A stretch of DNA of 64,000 nt from an uncultured delta proteobacterium (GCA_963847445.1 CAWJZV010000018.1:91322-155321); one strand, 5' to 3'. Counted from the stretch's first letter, positions 10,995 through 22,776 are shown. Made by a program: numbers and translations. Notes: a model not told the origin generated them from the sequence alone.

Positions 10995-12549
10995 TTACCT
11001 GCCGCTGCCTTGCTGGCTGGTCACCGCTTCCATCACGTGGTCGAGGTTGAAGCTGCCGGGCTTCTGGCGCGGCGGGAACTCGCGGAAGCTCTGCAGCCAC
11101 TGCCCGACGTAAGCCGGCCGCCGGAGCGATCATGAACATGTGCTCGACGAACCAGCGCTCGTAGTCCATGCCGATCTCGTGGGCGAGTTCGAACGGGTCC
11201 ATGCGCAGATTGGTCAGCATCGGTGCGCGCAGCGCGACGAACGGCTCCTGCCAGACGTGCAGGCCGTGGGCGTCCTGCCGCAGGAACGTGGCCTTCCAGT
11301 TGCCGTAGCGCAGCGCCGCGACGCTGCCGTCGTCGGTCCAGTAGATGAACTCCTTGCGCGGCCACTCGCCTTCGCCCTTGAGCGCGGGCATGAGGTTGTA
11401 GCCGTCGAGGTGGACCTTGTAGGTCATGTCGCCGACTGTCCGGCCCTTCAGCAGGTCTTCCTTGACGGTGGTGTCGCCCGCGGCGGCCAGCAGGGTCGGC
11501 AGCATGTCCTCGTGCGCGCCGACGTCGTTGATGACCGTGCCGGGCTTGATGACGCCGGGCCAGCGGATCACCGTCGGGACCCGGTAGCCGCCTTCCCACT
11601 GCGTGTTCTTCTCGCCGCGGAACATCGTCGTGCCGCCGTCGGGCCAGGAGAACGATTCCGAGCCGTTGTCGGTGGAGTACATCACGATGGTGTTGTCTTC
11701 GAGGCCCAGTTCCTTGAGCTTGGCCAGCAACTGGCCGACATGGCCGTCATGCTCGACCATGCCGTCGGCATAGATGCCGAGGCCGGTCTTGCCCTCGGAC
11801 TCCGGTCTTCAGGTGCGTGAAGATGTGCATGCGGGTGGAGTTCCACCAGACGAAGAACGGCTTGTCCGCCTTCTTGGCGCGCTCCATGAAGTCGAGCGCC
11901 TTGGCGGTGACTTCTTCGTCGATCGTCTCCATGCGCTTCTTCGTCAGCGGGCCGGTGTCCGTGATGCGGCCGTCGGCGAAGCTGTGGATGACGCCGCGCG
12001 GGCCGAACCGCTTCTTGAACGCCGGGTCCTTCGGATAGTCGGGATGCTCCGGCTCCTCTTCCGCATTCAGGTGGTAGAGGTTGCCGAAGAACTCGTCGAA
12101 GCCGTGGTCGGTCGGCAGCATCTCGTCGCGGTCGCCGAGGTGGTTCTTGCCGAACTGGCCGGTCATGTAGCCCTGCGCCTTGAGCAGGGTGGCGATGGTC
12201 GGGTCTTCCTTCTTCATGCCCTCGGGCGCGCCCGGCAGGCCGACCTTGGTCAGGCCGGTGCGGATGGGCGACTGCCCGGTGATGAACGCCGCGCGGCCGG
12301 CGGTGCAGCTCTGCTGGCCGTACCAGTCGGTGAAGAGCGCGCCTTCCTTGCGCGATGCTGTCGATGTTGGGCGTCTTGTAGCCCATCATGCCCATGTTGT
12401 AGGCGCTGACATTGAACTGGCCGATGTCGTCGCCCCAGATGATGAGGATGTTGGGCTTCTTCTGTCGCCGCAGCCGGCCCTGCTAATAGGGCCAGCGCCG
12501 TAAGCAGCGCGCTGCCCAACAATGAAAACTTTTTGCGACACTTCGACAT
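10995..12549 (-). CDS. Arylsulfatase (CTAGR type), frameshifted
   Basis: Signal peptide, [78 protein letters not shown]. Confidence 0.88.
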
Positions 12550-12779
12550 ATTTTTGTTCCCCTTGTTAAGTGAATTGTTTTCGAGACTCCTCGACATGTT
12601 TTACGCCTTGCTATTTTGTTGCTCCTTGCATAAAGCCGCCGGGGTCCGTGGGTCCGGAAAGTTTTCTCACCAGGCCCAAAGCTATACGCATGACTTTTTT
12701 CGCAGTCGAGTCAAGTCGCGCGCATCGCCCAGCCTAGCGTGAATAAACCGCTACCGGCGATCCACTTATCTCAAGTATT

Positions 12780-13643
12780 TTATTCCGGCAGGCCGTTGAG
12801 CAGATACATGGACAGAATCGCCGCACTGGGTTTGCCGAAGGCGCCAAACCAGCGTTCATAGATGGACCCGATGTTGCCCGAGCGGTAGATCTCAGCCAAT
12901 GCCCGGTTTACCGCCAGCCTAAACGCCGCGTCGTTGCGCCGCACCATGAAGCCGTAGGGCTCGTACGAGAAAATGATGCTCGGCAGTGCAAAGCGCGACG
13001 GATCTTTCGAGGTCACCGCTAGTCCGATTAAGATACCGCGATCCGAGGCGAATGCATCGGCCGAACCCTTTTCGATCGCCGCGACCCCTTCCACGTGATT
13101 TTTGACGGGAATTGTTTTGACGGCAACGAATTCCTCCTTAAGATATTTTTCCAACGCGGTCTGCGTCGTGGTGCCCGGAATGACGGCGATCCGTTTATCG
13201 GCCAGATCGGCTACCGCGCCAAGTTTCAAGTCGGACTTGGTCAGCAGGCCGCCGCCATCGACAAAGGTCATCAAACTAAAATCAACCCGTTCCTGTCGCG
13301 AAAGGCTGGCGGTGGTCGTGCCGCACTCGATATCCACCTTGCCCGATGCCACCATGTCAAGGCGATTCGCGGTCGTGACTGGAACCCAATTGAGTTTCAG
13401 ACTGACCCCGAGTTGCTTTTGGATGGCACTCGCTATCTGCGTGCAAAGATCGATGGAATAACCCACTGGCCGCCGATCCGGTCCCGGAAAGGAAAATGGC
13501 GGCGCCGACTCAAGGTAACCAAGCGTCAGGGTGCTCGACTCCTTGACCTTCTTGAGAGTCCCGTCCAATTCCTGACCGGAAGCAGCTTGGCTCATGATCG
13601 ATACAGCTAACAACGCACCAAACAGTACTTTACGATTCGTCAT
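12780..13643 (-). CDS. Polar amino-acid ABC transporter substrate-binding protein (GltI-like)
   Basis: Intact ORF with signal peptide, GYSIDLC, VDIECGTTT, RQERVDFS, EPYGFMVRRND. Confidence 0.85.
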   Translation of the reverse strand: MTNRKVLFGALLAVSIMSQAASGQELDGTLKKVKESSTLTLGYLESAPPFSFPGPDRRPVGYSIDLCTQIASAIQKQLGVSLKLNWVPVTTANRLDMVASGKVDIECGTTTASLSRQERVDFSLMTFVDGGGLLTKSDLKLGAVADLADKRIAVIPGTTTQTALEKYLKEEFVAVKTIPVKNHVEGVAAIEKGSADAFASDRGILIGLAVTSKDPSRFALPSIIFSYEPYGFMVRRNDAAFRLAVNRALAEIYRSGNIGSIYERWFGAFGKPSAAILSMYLLNGLPE

Positions 13644-14049
13644 GTTCTTCTCCCCTGTTGCCAATTTATTTCAAACCTAACTTTTTTGATTTATATGTAG
13701 CAAATTTTTGCCGGTTACCCATACTCCAGCACTCATTCTTGGTTCGTTCACTTCATCCGGTACAGCAGGTTGCGAAGCACCGACCATTGCGCTTGCTTGG
13801 GCCGCGCCGCGCGACCATCGCAGCGAGAAGGATGGCGTATTTGTGGCGAGGCTTCTGCGAAATCAATCTCTGTTCGCTCCATTTGCTCCTGTTGAATTGA
13901 ATTTATCTTGACCCGAAACTCGCACCCTTAATTCACGGAGCCGACACGATATGCACGACTTGGTTTCCCTGACAACCAGCGCGATAGAATACCCCGACGA
14001 CCTGAACTGAAGCGCGATCGACTGACCGCTATGTCACTGGCAATTTGGA

Positions 14050-15726
14050 CTACCGTAGTTTGAGACTGATGCCCGACGGACCCGCCGTGAGCTGTGTCCC
14101 CGACTCTTGCGACGACAGCGAGATGACCACGCCTTTGGCGTTGGTCATGGTCAATTCGCCGCTGCCTCCGCCCACCGCGAAGGTCGCCTGAGTGGCGACA
14201 AAATTTCCTGAAAAGTCGGCGAGGTTATTCAAATTGTACACCCGACCCGTGCCCGTCACGGCCGAGGCGCCAAAATCGAGCAGGCTCAACTCGGATACCG
14301 AGAAAGGATAGTCTTTGCCCTGGTAGGTGAGCACGCCGTCGCCCCAGCTAACGCCGGCGCCTAGAGCGATCGATTTGCTCCTGAGTTGCACCGTCCCAGA
14401 CGGCTTTCGCGGATCTTCCCGCGTATAGGAGACCGGCTTGTCGGTGGCGACGATGAGCGCTTCATTGCGCTCGTAAACCTGCCATTTGAGCCGCTGCATC
14501 TCGGCGCGCGCCCGCGGGCTCAGAGTGCCGGTTAGCCAAATTTGTTTGCCGCTAATTCCCTGCAACTGATTGGCCAGATTGTCGGCATTAGTGACCACCC
14601 GGGCAACTTCCGCGGTCCACGTCACATAGTCCACCGGAAGATTGAAGACCAGGAAGCCCTTCTTGGTGCGAGCCGCAGGCACCGGCCCGACGGCGACAAA
14701 TCTTTCGATGGGGCTGATCGCGCGATGGTAGCCGGCGTACATTTCCATCTGCCGCTGACGGAAAAACGCCACGTCATCTTTATCGGTGAGAGCGGCAAGT
14801 TGCACCAACCGGTCACGCTCCGCCACCCCTTTCATTTCATCGAGCGCCGACACCAGCAGGGTCTGCTCACGCGGACTGAACGCGGCGTCGCTGATAAACA
14901 TATCCGTGGTGTTCTCGTCGATGCCCATGGCCTTGAGCTTCGCCGCATTCGTGCGGCGTAGATCGGACGGCGGCGTGTTTTGAAAAACTTGCGTCGAGAC
15001 TTTAGTCACACCGATGGCGGTCATAGCCACCCCGGCGCCGCCGGGAACTGCCGCCAAAGCCGCCGACACGGTAAGCCCGCCGGCGAATCCGGTCCAGGCG
15101 ATCTCGTTAAGGCGATCTTGCAGGACTTGGTTGCGCGAGTAGACATCGACGCCGAGCTGATACGCGTAATCCCTTTTGTAATTGGAAAAACCGATCAGGT
15201 TTTTGAACCGGCTGTCCTCTGCGTCGCTTCGTTTGGCGCCGAAAAGACTATCGCCGGCGCGTTGAAACATGGTGCCGACACCGCTCGCCACTTCCTTGAC
15301 GGTCTTGACCGGCTGCAAGACCATGTCTTTGGCCGCCACCAAGGTGCTCAGTCCCGAGGCTTTCAAGGAATCGGCGTACTCTTTGGTGCCCTTGAGCTTG
15401 TCCATCCGATCCATCGCATCTATTTCGTTAATCCGCACGCGCAGCATCGCAGTCGAGACCGCCGTGAAACTGCCGAAACGCGAGTCGATGGTGTAGATGT
15501 TGACGATGCCATCGCTCTTAACTTGTTCCTGAACTCGATGGTTGGGCCCTGCCAAGAGCTCGGGCGGTAATGTTCGCGAAGCGCTCAACACCGGCAACGC
15601 TTCGTAGCCCTGCTGGGCAAACGCGGGGACGATAACTCCCAATAGCGCTGCCACCACCAGCGCGCTAACACCGCCCCAAAGCGGTTTGCGTAACTGACGA
15701 CTCGATTGTGTTCTCTTGATTTGCAT
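14050..15726 (-). CDS. Secreted hypothetical protein with a C-terminal DUF1134/EipA-like beta domain
   Basis: Intact 558-aa ORF with signal peptide. C-terminal SGTVQL..GVSWGDGVLTYQGKDYPFSV..GRVYNLNNLADFSGNF..MTNAKGVVISL. Confidence 0.65.
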   Translation of the reverse strand: MQIKRTQSSRQLRKPLWGGVSALVVAALLGVIVPAFAQQGYEALPVLSASRTLPPELLAGPNHRVQEQVKSDGIVNIYTIDSRFGSFTAVSTAMLRVRINEIDAMDRMDKLKGTKEYADSLKASGLSTLVAAKDMVLQPVKTVKEVASGVGTMFQRAGDSLFGAKRSDAEDSRFKNLIGFSNYKRDYAYQLGVDVYSRNQVLQDRLNEIAWTGFAGGLTVSAALAAVPGGAGVAMTAIGVTKVSTQVFQNTPPSDLRRTNAAKLKAMGIDENTTDMFISDAAFSPREQTLLVSALDEMKGVAERDRLVQLAALTDKDDVAFFRQRQMEMYAGYHRAISPIERFVAVGPVPAARTKKGFLVFNLPVDYVTWTAEVARVVTNADNLANQLQGISGKQIWLTGTLSPRARAEMQRLKWQVYERNEALIVATDKPVSYTREDPRKPSGTVQLRSKSIALGAGVSWGDGVLTYQGKDYPFSVSELSLLDFGASAVTGTGRVYNLNNLADFSGNFVATQATFAVGGGSGELTMTNAKGVVISLSSQESGTQLTAGPSGISLKLR

Positions 15727-15868
15727 GAATGCTCCTTTTTCTGTGCCGATTTCGCTTGATCTATACCTAATGATTCTGCTGCTCTTGATCAGCTGGCGCG
15801 GACAATCTTGCGCCGCGCTTGTATCAAGAAATTAATTTTCATCCTATACGAGACTCGTCGCGCTTAGA

Positions 15869-15888
15869 TATTGGACTTTGGTCCAATA
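15869..15888. promoter_or_regulatory. Palindromic operator, copy 3 (TATTGGACTTTGGTCCAATA)
   Basis: Perfect 8-bp arms. A minus-strand TAGGAT lies at 15846-15841. Upstream of the 15726 start. Confidence 0.8.
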
Positions 15889-15949
15889 GAGATTGAGGGC
15901 AAATAGGTGAGTCTGCCGAGACGTCAAGATCGTCAACAAACCTCTTCTC

Positions 15950-16002
15950 ACAGGGGGCAACGGCGGAAACCGACTATTTATGTTATCTCCGTTAGCTCCT
16001 GT
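15950..16002. repeat. ACAGGAG..AACAGAGG / CTCCGTTTGCTCCTGT hairpin repeat family
   Basis: Related inverted-repeat copies at 24433-24497, 25755-25819 and 26854-26920, usually flanked by CTCGACACT heptamer-like repeats. Confidence 0.65.
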
Positions 16003-16097
16003 AAAATATTCGCGAGGGTCGGGTGTCGAGGGGAAAATCACTCGACACTGCTTGCTCTCGCGTCCCGCGCTATTCGACACTTCCCCCTCGGCACTTT

Positions 16098-17460
16098 TTA
16101 GAAAACCATCTGCATCCGCAGACCGAGGATCGTCGCTGTGACCGATGCTCTTTTTACTGATGATCGCCGGTAGCGGGCTAAGGGCGAATTTGTTCTTCTG
16201 CGCGCCGCGGACGACCTGGATATCCGGCGTCACCATGAGCCACGGCGTTATGGCGACATTGTAGAACGCTTCGAAGCCGTACTCGTCGCGCAACAACTTG
16301 GTGCTGTTGAATATACCCTGAAGCTTGGGGCTGTTGGCGTCGATGTAGTAAAAACCCAAGCCGTAGCGGTCATTGTGGCGGTTCGGGATCACGCCCTTGC
16401 CGCCGATTCCGAGGCTGTAAAAGAACTGCATGAAGTTGGGATTGCCGTCCGAAGCGCCGAAACGGCCGAAGATGCCGATCCCTTCGCCCGAGCCTTTCTT
16501 CGGCTCGTAAAGGTACTGATCGAAATTGTAATGGATGTTCCAGGAGCCTTTCTTGCCCTCGAACGCGCCGTTCTCGAAGACGAAGCGCGCGTTCTGATCG
16601 ATGGAAGTAAAGTTCCGGTTGGAAAAGACCGCGCCGAAAAGCTGATGACCGGTGAGTCCGAAAAAGTCTGTCCTCACCCTGCCTTCGCCAATCAGCGTTA
16701 TATTGTTGCCGTCGAGATCGTCAAAGCCGCTGGTGCTGGCCTTGCCGGTGGATGAGAGAACCATAAAACTGACGATCGCCTGGTGGGGGTCTTTGGTCGG
16801 CAAGACGATCATCCCCGTGCCCAGGGTCGAATAGGGCACTGTCGTCAGCAGTATCGGATTGACATTGAATGCGGTGTTCATGAACTGCGTGTCGCCCTTG
16901 CCGTGGGCAAACTCATTCATGTCGCCGGCGCTGGACGTAACGGTGGCGTATTTGCCGATCGTCAAACCGAAGTAAGGCGAAAGGAATTGAGTGAAATTCA
17001 ACGCCGGCAGGTTGAAGTTGTCGCCGGCGGGCAGCGGAAAGCTTTGATTGCTATTGACAAACATCAGGGCGCCGGGCCTGCCGTTGATGGACTTGAGCAA
17101 GCGATCGTCAGGAATGAAATTTCCTTCCGCTTCCAGGTTCAAAAAACCGCCGGGCCAAAGTCCGAGCTTCTGCGAGTCCAGATTCAAAATAATGTCGCCG
17201 CGCCCGCCGCCGTATTGCCAGCCGGTATCTTTGCCGCCATGAACGATCCCCTGCGCCGACTGGGTTAACCTCATATCGATCGTCACACCCTTTGCAGCCA
17301 GGTCGTTGCGCAATCCGCCCCAGTCGCCGCTCAGCGTAGTGCGCGTCAGAAAATCCCCAGAGTATGGCCCTGGAGGCGTTGCTTCCCCAGCCCGGAGCTG
17401 CGTGCTAAAGGCGACGCAAAATAAAAATAGAATCGTTCCGCTAATTGTCGTTGTCTTCAC
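16098..17460 (-). CDS. OprB-family carbohydrate porin (frameshift near 16140)
   Basis: TLSGDWGGLRNDLAAKGV, LDSQKLGLWPGG, YNFDQYL, EAFYNVAITPWLMVTPDIQVV. The true end is LGLRMQMVF-stop at 16098, with a terminal Phe. Confidence 0.82.
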
Positions 17461-17687
17461 TAATGTGGCTCCTACAAAATTCGTTTGAACGGTTTCGAGT
17501 ACCGGGTGTTAGCCCTGAAACCTGAACATTGACATCTGGAACTTTAATTGTCTAACGCCGCTGCGTGAAACTTGAAATGCTCGACAATAAGCCAAGCTTC
17601 GGTGATATACGTCGCCGTCACCTATTCATAGTCTCTAAACTTTTTCGCGATCCTGCCGCTCTTACTAGCCATAGAAACAGATCTGTA

Positions 17688-17706
17688 TATTGGACTTGGT
17701 GCAAAA
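17688..17706. promoter_or_regulatory. Palindromic operator, copy 4 (degenerate, TATTGGACTTGGTGCAAAA)
   Basis: Perfect TGTATATTGGAC left arm, spacer one base short, degenerate right arm. Confidence 0.55.
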
Positions 17707-17810
17707 CGGCGGCTAGTCGCATCTCAAGCGAATGTTTTTGAACAAGATCGACCGCCGGAATAAAATTGCCTTCGGCTTTCAGCTAATATGCCACCGCAGA
17801 ATCGGTTGTA

Positions 17811-17830
17811 TATTGGTCTTTGGTCCAATA
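17811..17830. promoter_or_regulatory. Palindromic operator, copy 5 (TATTGGTCTTTGGTCCAATA)
   Basis: Extends to TGTATATTGG..CCAATATGCA. Lies between the divergent porin and patatin genes. Confidence 0.75.
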
Positions 17831-18047
17831 TGCAGGGGGAGGCTTGGTTTACTACAAGGAATTTAGGACAAGAAGAATCAGAGAGGTAGTTTTCGCGATT
17901 TGATTTTTTCTCGCCGAAGCTATGACAAAGTCGTTGGAAGCAGGCACGCACGGCTCGCGCCCATTACCGCCAACAGGTGAAGAGCGCCGCGACGGTGGCC
18001 AAGGCGGTTCGGGACTACCTTCGTCAAAACATCTAAAGGAAACACCT

Positions 18048-19886
18048 ATGGACGACGACGTTATTGACCTACTCAAGGCACATGAATACTTTCGCGACGT
18101 TCCCGACACCGCACTCGGGGAAATCGCCCGCTTTGGGACGATCGCTAACTACGACGCTGCCGCGGTCGTTCACGAGCTCAACGATCCCCTCACGTCAATC
18201 TGCTTCATACTCCGGGGTCGGCTAAAATCCGTGCGCGTGGACTCGCGCGGCGAGGAGCATCTCTTTCAGATATTCGAGCGCGGCGATCAGTACGGCATGA
18301 TCCTCGGCGGCCTCGGCGAATCCATCCCGCTGCGAATTTTCGCGCTGGAGCCTTCAACGATCCTGAGCTTGGACCATGAAAAGTCGATGGAGCTGCTGCT
18401 TCTGCACCCCGACCTGCGCCGCCAATGGTTACAGAGCTACGCCCGCAGCCTGCGGCGGCGGTTCCTGGAGCCTACCGCCGGGCAGGCGCCAAAGGTGCTG
18501 GCAATGCTCCACGAATCCCCGGCGACGCGCAACCTGGCTCAGAAGATCATTGGGCGCCTGCAAGGCTTGGGGGAAGCGGTCTCCGTTCTCAGCGACGCCG
18601 ACTCCTGGCGGTCGATGCCCGATGTGCGTTTCCGTTCACTGTTAAACGGCGACCGGCTCATCGAGGTGGCAGAGATTCGCCGACAGATTGCTGAGTGGAA
18701 CCAAGCCAAACGCATCGTCGTCGATATTACCGCTGAACAGAAATTGGACTGGGCCGCGCTTTTAAGGCCGGCCGATTGCGCCCTGGTGTTCATTCGGCCG
18801 CGTGAGATCAGCTCGGCCATAGAGCGGTTGCGTGCGTTGGACTTGGTGTCACAAGGCTGGCGCGACAAGATCGCTATCGTATGGGTGCTGGAGGAGGGCA
18901 GCGGTGTGGCGCCCGTGGTTCCGGAACTGCGTGACTTCGCGAGCTGGGAATTCAAAATCTGCGAATCGCCGCTGCCGCATCCCTGGGGCAAGGCGCATGC
19001 CGCCGGCATGGAGCGCCTAATCCACTACCTGCGGGGCATTAGGATCGGCGTGGCCCTGGGCGGCGGGGCTGCCCGCGGCATGGCGCATCTGGGTGTGCTC
19101 AATGTCCTCGATCAGCATGGCATCGTCGTCGATGTCATCGCCGGCACGAGCGCAGGGGCCATGACCGGGGTCATGTATTCCGCGGGTCTGGATTGCGCTT
19201 ATCTAAGCAGCCGGTTCGCGGACGATTTGACACCCTCGTGGATCTTCCGTCACCTTCCCAGCGGCAGCTACTGGTACCTAATGTACAACTACCGCAGCGG
19301 CGGCTTCGATACCAAGCTGCGAAGGTTACCCTGCACGACTGGAAGTTGGAGCAACTGGCGCTGCCATGTTTCAGCGTTACCGCCGACTTGGTGAGTGGGC
19401 AAGCGGTAGTCAGGGACCGCGGAGACGCCGTGCACGCGATTCTCGAAAGCATCAACTTGCCTATGCTTTCGGCCCATCTGCCGCAACGGACAGGCGCTGA
19501 TCGATGGCGGGTTAATGAATAACATTCCCGCCGATGTGCTTACGTCTCAGGGCTGCAACTTCGTGATCGCCGTCAGCGTTACAGCCAAAATCGCAAGGCA
19601 GTTTGGCGCCAATAAGCCGGACACGCCCACGCTTAACATGCGAATTCCATCAAGCCTGCAAACGCTGCTGCGCACCCTGGAAGTGCAGAATGTTAGCCTC
19701 AACGCCATCGGCGTGCGACCGGCGGAGATAGTGATCGAGCCGGAAGTTATCAACTTCGACCTGTCGGAGTTCATGCGCGCAAGGGAGCTATTTGCGGTCG
19801 GCCAACAGGCCGCGCTCGTTCAGGTGCCGAAAATCCAACAACTGCTGGCCCGGCTCGATCCGGTGCTTTTTAAGCCCGCTCGGTAA
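18048..19886 (+). CDS. cNMP-binding domain plus patatin-like phospholipase (NTE-like), frameshifted near 19325 and 19470
   Basis: N-terminal Crp-like domain, ALGGGAARG, GTSAG nucleophile and LIDGG motifs. Confidence 0.85.
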
Positions 19887-19898
19887 AGTTAGGCGAGC

Positions 19899-20897
19899 GT
19901 GAGAGTTTTTCTTAACATTCTACTTGGGACCGCGATAACGGCGATAACGCTGTGGGGAGTTGGCGCACTGTATTTCTCGCCGCTGTTGGCGGCGCGCTGG
20001 CGCGCTTTTGCCGCCGCCAGCTACGGCAGCGCAAGTATTCTAGCCTTTGCTCTGCTGCCATACCCGGGCAGAACGGCCATTGCCGCGCTCGCTATCTTTG
20101 CAGTCTTGGTGATCTTGTTCCGCCGCATTCCCGCGTCTAACGATCGCGACTGGCAGCCTGACGTTGCGGTGACGCCGCACGCGACGGTGAACGGTGAGTT
20201 GGTGACGATTCATGGCGTGAGGAATTTTGCTTATCGGACGGAAACCGACTTCGACGCCCGCTGGGAGGATCGCACCTACGACCTGGGCAAGCTCGATTCC
20301 GCCGATATCATCGCCGTTTATTGGGCAGGCAAAGCAGTCGCCCACATCATGGTCAGCTTCGGGTTCCAAGACCAGGACTATTTGGCGGTGTCTATCGAGA
20401 CGCGCAAGGAAAAGGGCGAAAGCTATTCGACCCTCGCCGGCTTCTTTCGCCAATACGAGCTTTACTACGTCGTCGCCGACGAGCGGGACGCGATCGGCGT
20501 CCGCACCACGTATCGCCAGCCGCAAGAGGATGTTTACGTCTATCGCTTGCGCGCGCCGCAGAGAAACATCAGGCGGAGCTTTCTCGACTACATTCAGAAG
20601 ATCAACGACATGCGCGTGCATCCGCGCTTTTACAACACGCTGACGACCAACTGCACGACGACCATTCTAATGCACACGCGGATCAATCCCGAGTCGCCGC
20701 CGCTGTCGTGGAAAATCTTGCTGAGCGGCTATGTGCCCGAATATCTCTACCAACTCGGCCGCATCGATACGGCGAAACCGTTTGCCGACTTGAAAAAGCT
20801 CTCGCGCGTGAACGAACGCGCGCAGGCCGCCGACAAAGATGCCTCGTTCTCGCGATACCTCAGGCAAGGGCTGCCAAAGCCGGCGGGGTTGCCGTAG
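19899..20897 (+). CDS. DUF4105 (Lnb N-terminal-like) membrane protein
   Basis: PASNDRDWQPDVA, VRNFAYR, AHIMVSFGF, SIETRKEKGE, FYNTLTTNCTT. Confidence 0.85.
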   Translation: MRVFLNILLGTAITAITLWGVGALYFSPLLAARWRAFAAASYGSASILAFALLPYPGRTAIAALAIFAVLVILFRRIPASNDRDWQPDVAVTPHATVNGELVTIHGVRNFAYRTETDFDARWEDRTYDLGKLDSADIIAVYWAGKAVAHIMVSFGFQDQDYLAVSIETRKEKGESYSTLAGFFRQYELYYVVADERDAIGVRTTYRQPQEDVYVYRLRAPQRNIRRSFLDYIQKINDMRVHPRFYNTLTTNCTTTILMHTRINPESPPLSWKILLSGYVPEYLYQLGRIDTAKPFADLKKLSRVNERAQAADKDASFSRYLRQGLPKPAGLP

Positions 20898-20924
20898 CGA
20901 CTCCGGTATCCTCGCCGCCATGAA

Positions 20925-21027
20925 CAAAGCCGGCGAAGCTTTCCATCCGGCGCTCGAAGAGCCGCATTTGATCGGCGCTCATGCCGTCCCATGCGGGAAT
21001 TGGGGCGCGAAGTGAGCTTGGCGTTGA
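20925..21027 (-). pseudogene. ~100-bp relic of an arylsulfatase gene
   Basis: Near-copy of 6350-6453. Translates NAKLTSRP/IPAWDGMSADQMRLFERRMESFAGF versus [25 protein letters not shown]. Confidence 0.75.
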
Positions 21028-21123
21028 CAAACTCACTCATGTCGCCGGAGCTGCATTCCACTTCAAGATTTTGTGATAGTCGCCAAACCTCGCGACGCCG
21101 AGCAATTCGTCCACACACCGGCT

Positions 21124-21767
21124 TCAACGGTTGCGGTTCATTTCCATGAGCTGTTGCTCATTTTGTCTCGCAACGTCCTGTTCTCGTTCGGTCTTCATAG
21201 CGATATCCTCGCCGTTGGCAATGACCGTCGGCCAATCGAAATTACCCTTGGCAATAATCGCAAGGTTATTCGCAATGGCGTTTCGAATGACTTGGGTGGG
21301 ATCCCAAAATTGGCCGAACTCGTTGGCGAAAGTCGTGGTGATATAGTTGAGAAAATCACGTATCCCCTTCATCCCCGCTTCCGTTGGCGGCAACGCTCGC
21401 TTCTGATCATTCAGTCGCGCCAAGGTCAGTCCGAGATAGAGCCTGGCGACATTGTCGCCCCGGTGTTGCGCCAGGCCGCGTTCCAGCGTCTGGCGCGCTG
21501 ACGCGAGATCTCCCGTCAGATACTGTGCCCGGCCGACATAACTGAGCACGCCGGCCCGTAACTCACTGCCGTACACATAGTTAGGATCGGTTTGCGCCGC
21601 GGCCTGAAAGTAACCGAGCGCGCCCTGATAATCGCCCCTGAACATCGCCTGTCGCCCCTGGGCTACGTCGCCGGCGGTCTGAAACCCCCGCCGCAGCCCG
21701 ATAGCAAAGCGACCAATAAAAATAGCGCCAAACCCGATACGCCACTGTGCCATTTTGCAATCTTCAT
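21124..21767 (-). CDS. TPR-containing lipoprotein (frameshift in a G-run near 21690)
   Basis: GGAGG RBS, lipobox LLSGC, TPR-like helices (GDYQGALGYFQAA, GRAQYLTGDLASARQTLE). Confidence 0.7.
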
Positions 21768-21946
21768 ATGACCTCCACTTGGAATCAGATTGGCCCAACC
21801 ATATTGAGACATGAACAGCATGTTAAAGGCCCGGTCTAGAGATTGGCGCCGGGCAGTCACTCGCAAAAACCTGAACCCTTCTCTCTTGCCCGTTCACTGA
21901 CAACCGACCACTGACACCGATAACGATTATTCTCGTCGCTCATCCG

Positions 21947-22690
21947 TCATTTCGGAAACAGGAACTGTATCTGGAACCGCAATTGCCACTCCGGACCGAA
22001 CTCCGGCTTGGCCACGTTGCCGTAGGCCGCCAGTTGGATGTTGATCGGCAGCTTCCCGATGGGATCGCCCTTTAGCGATGAAACTGCCTCGCCTAACCTA
22101 AATAGCTTGCCGACACCGCCGCCAAGCGGCACGGTCCAGACGTCGCCGCCTTGTCGGCTTTCCAGTTGGCCGTGAGAATTGGTCGGACGTGAGATACTAA
22201 CCGTCAGGCAAGTTGTAGTTCACGAACGGCTGCATGAGCAGAGCATTCACAGACTTGTCGCCCCAGCCGCGACCGACCACTGATTGTTAAGCAGCGCGCC
22301 GAATACCCAGTGTCCTTGCATGGTCAGCGCCACTGCCGCCGGCCCCATGCTCCACTTGCCGCTGCCTAGATCCCGGTCGGTCGCCGTCGGCAGATGTGAA
22401 CGTCGGACCCAAGCCCCAAATTAGTTCGCCGGGCTTGGCCGGCGAGAGGAAGAATGTCGGATTGAAGTCGCCGAAGCCGGTGCCGGTGGTGCTCGGTATC
22501 GCCCCGCCGAATGATCGGGAACAGCGAGGGCTGGTTGATGATCGGCATGATGACGCGCGTGATCAGGTTCCAGTCGTCAGCGATCTCTGATCGGGATCAC
22601 CGGCTGGACGTTGAGGACGTAGATCATCTTGTTGTGATTGAATCCAGCGCCGAAGTTGAAGTTACTTGCAACGGGCTCCTGTATGGCACC
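21947..22690 (-). pseudogene. Second 'neuromedin U'-type beta-barrel paralogue, N-terminus eroded
   Basis: Strong similarity to 3948-4752 (NFNFGAG..KMIYVLNVQPVIP..WQLRFQIQFLFPK). Many indels and no recognisable signal peptide. Confidence 0.65.
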
Positions 22691-22776
22691 GATGGTCAGA
22701 GGAAAACAGCAGATTCTCTTCGCCGATTTCCGTGTCGCTTGTTTTCCACTCGACGCTCGACTCTCGACACTTGAAC

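Noticed and set aside
13745-13860. Possible further gene relic ending WSVLRNLLYRMK-stop on the minus strand
   Set aside because: I could not assign it to a family or to a paralogue in the window.
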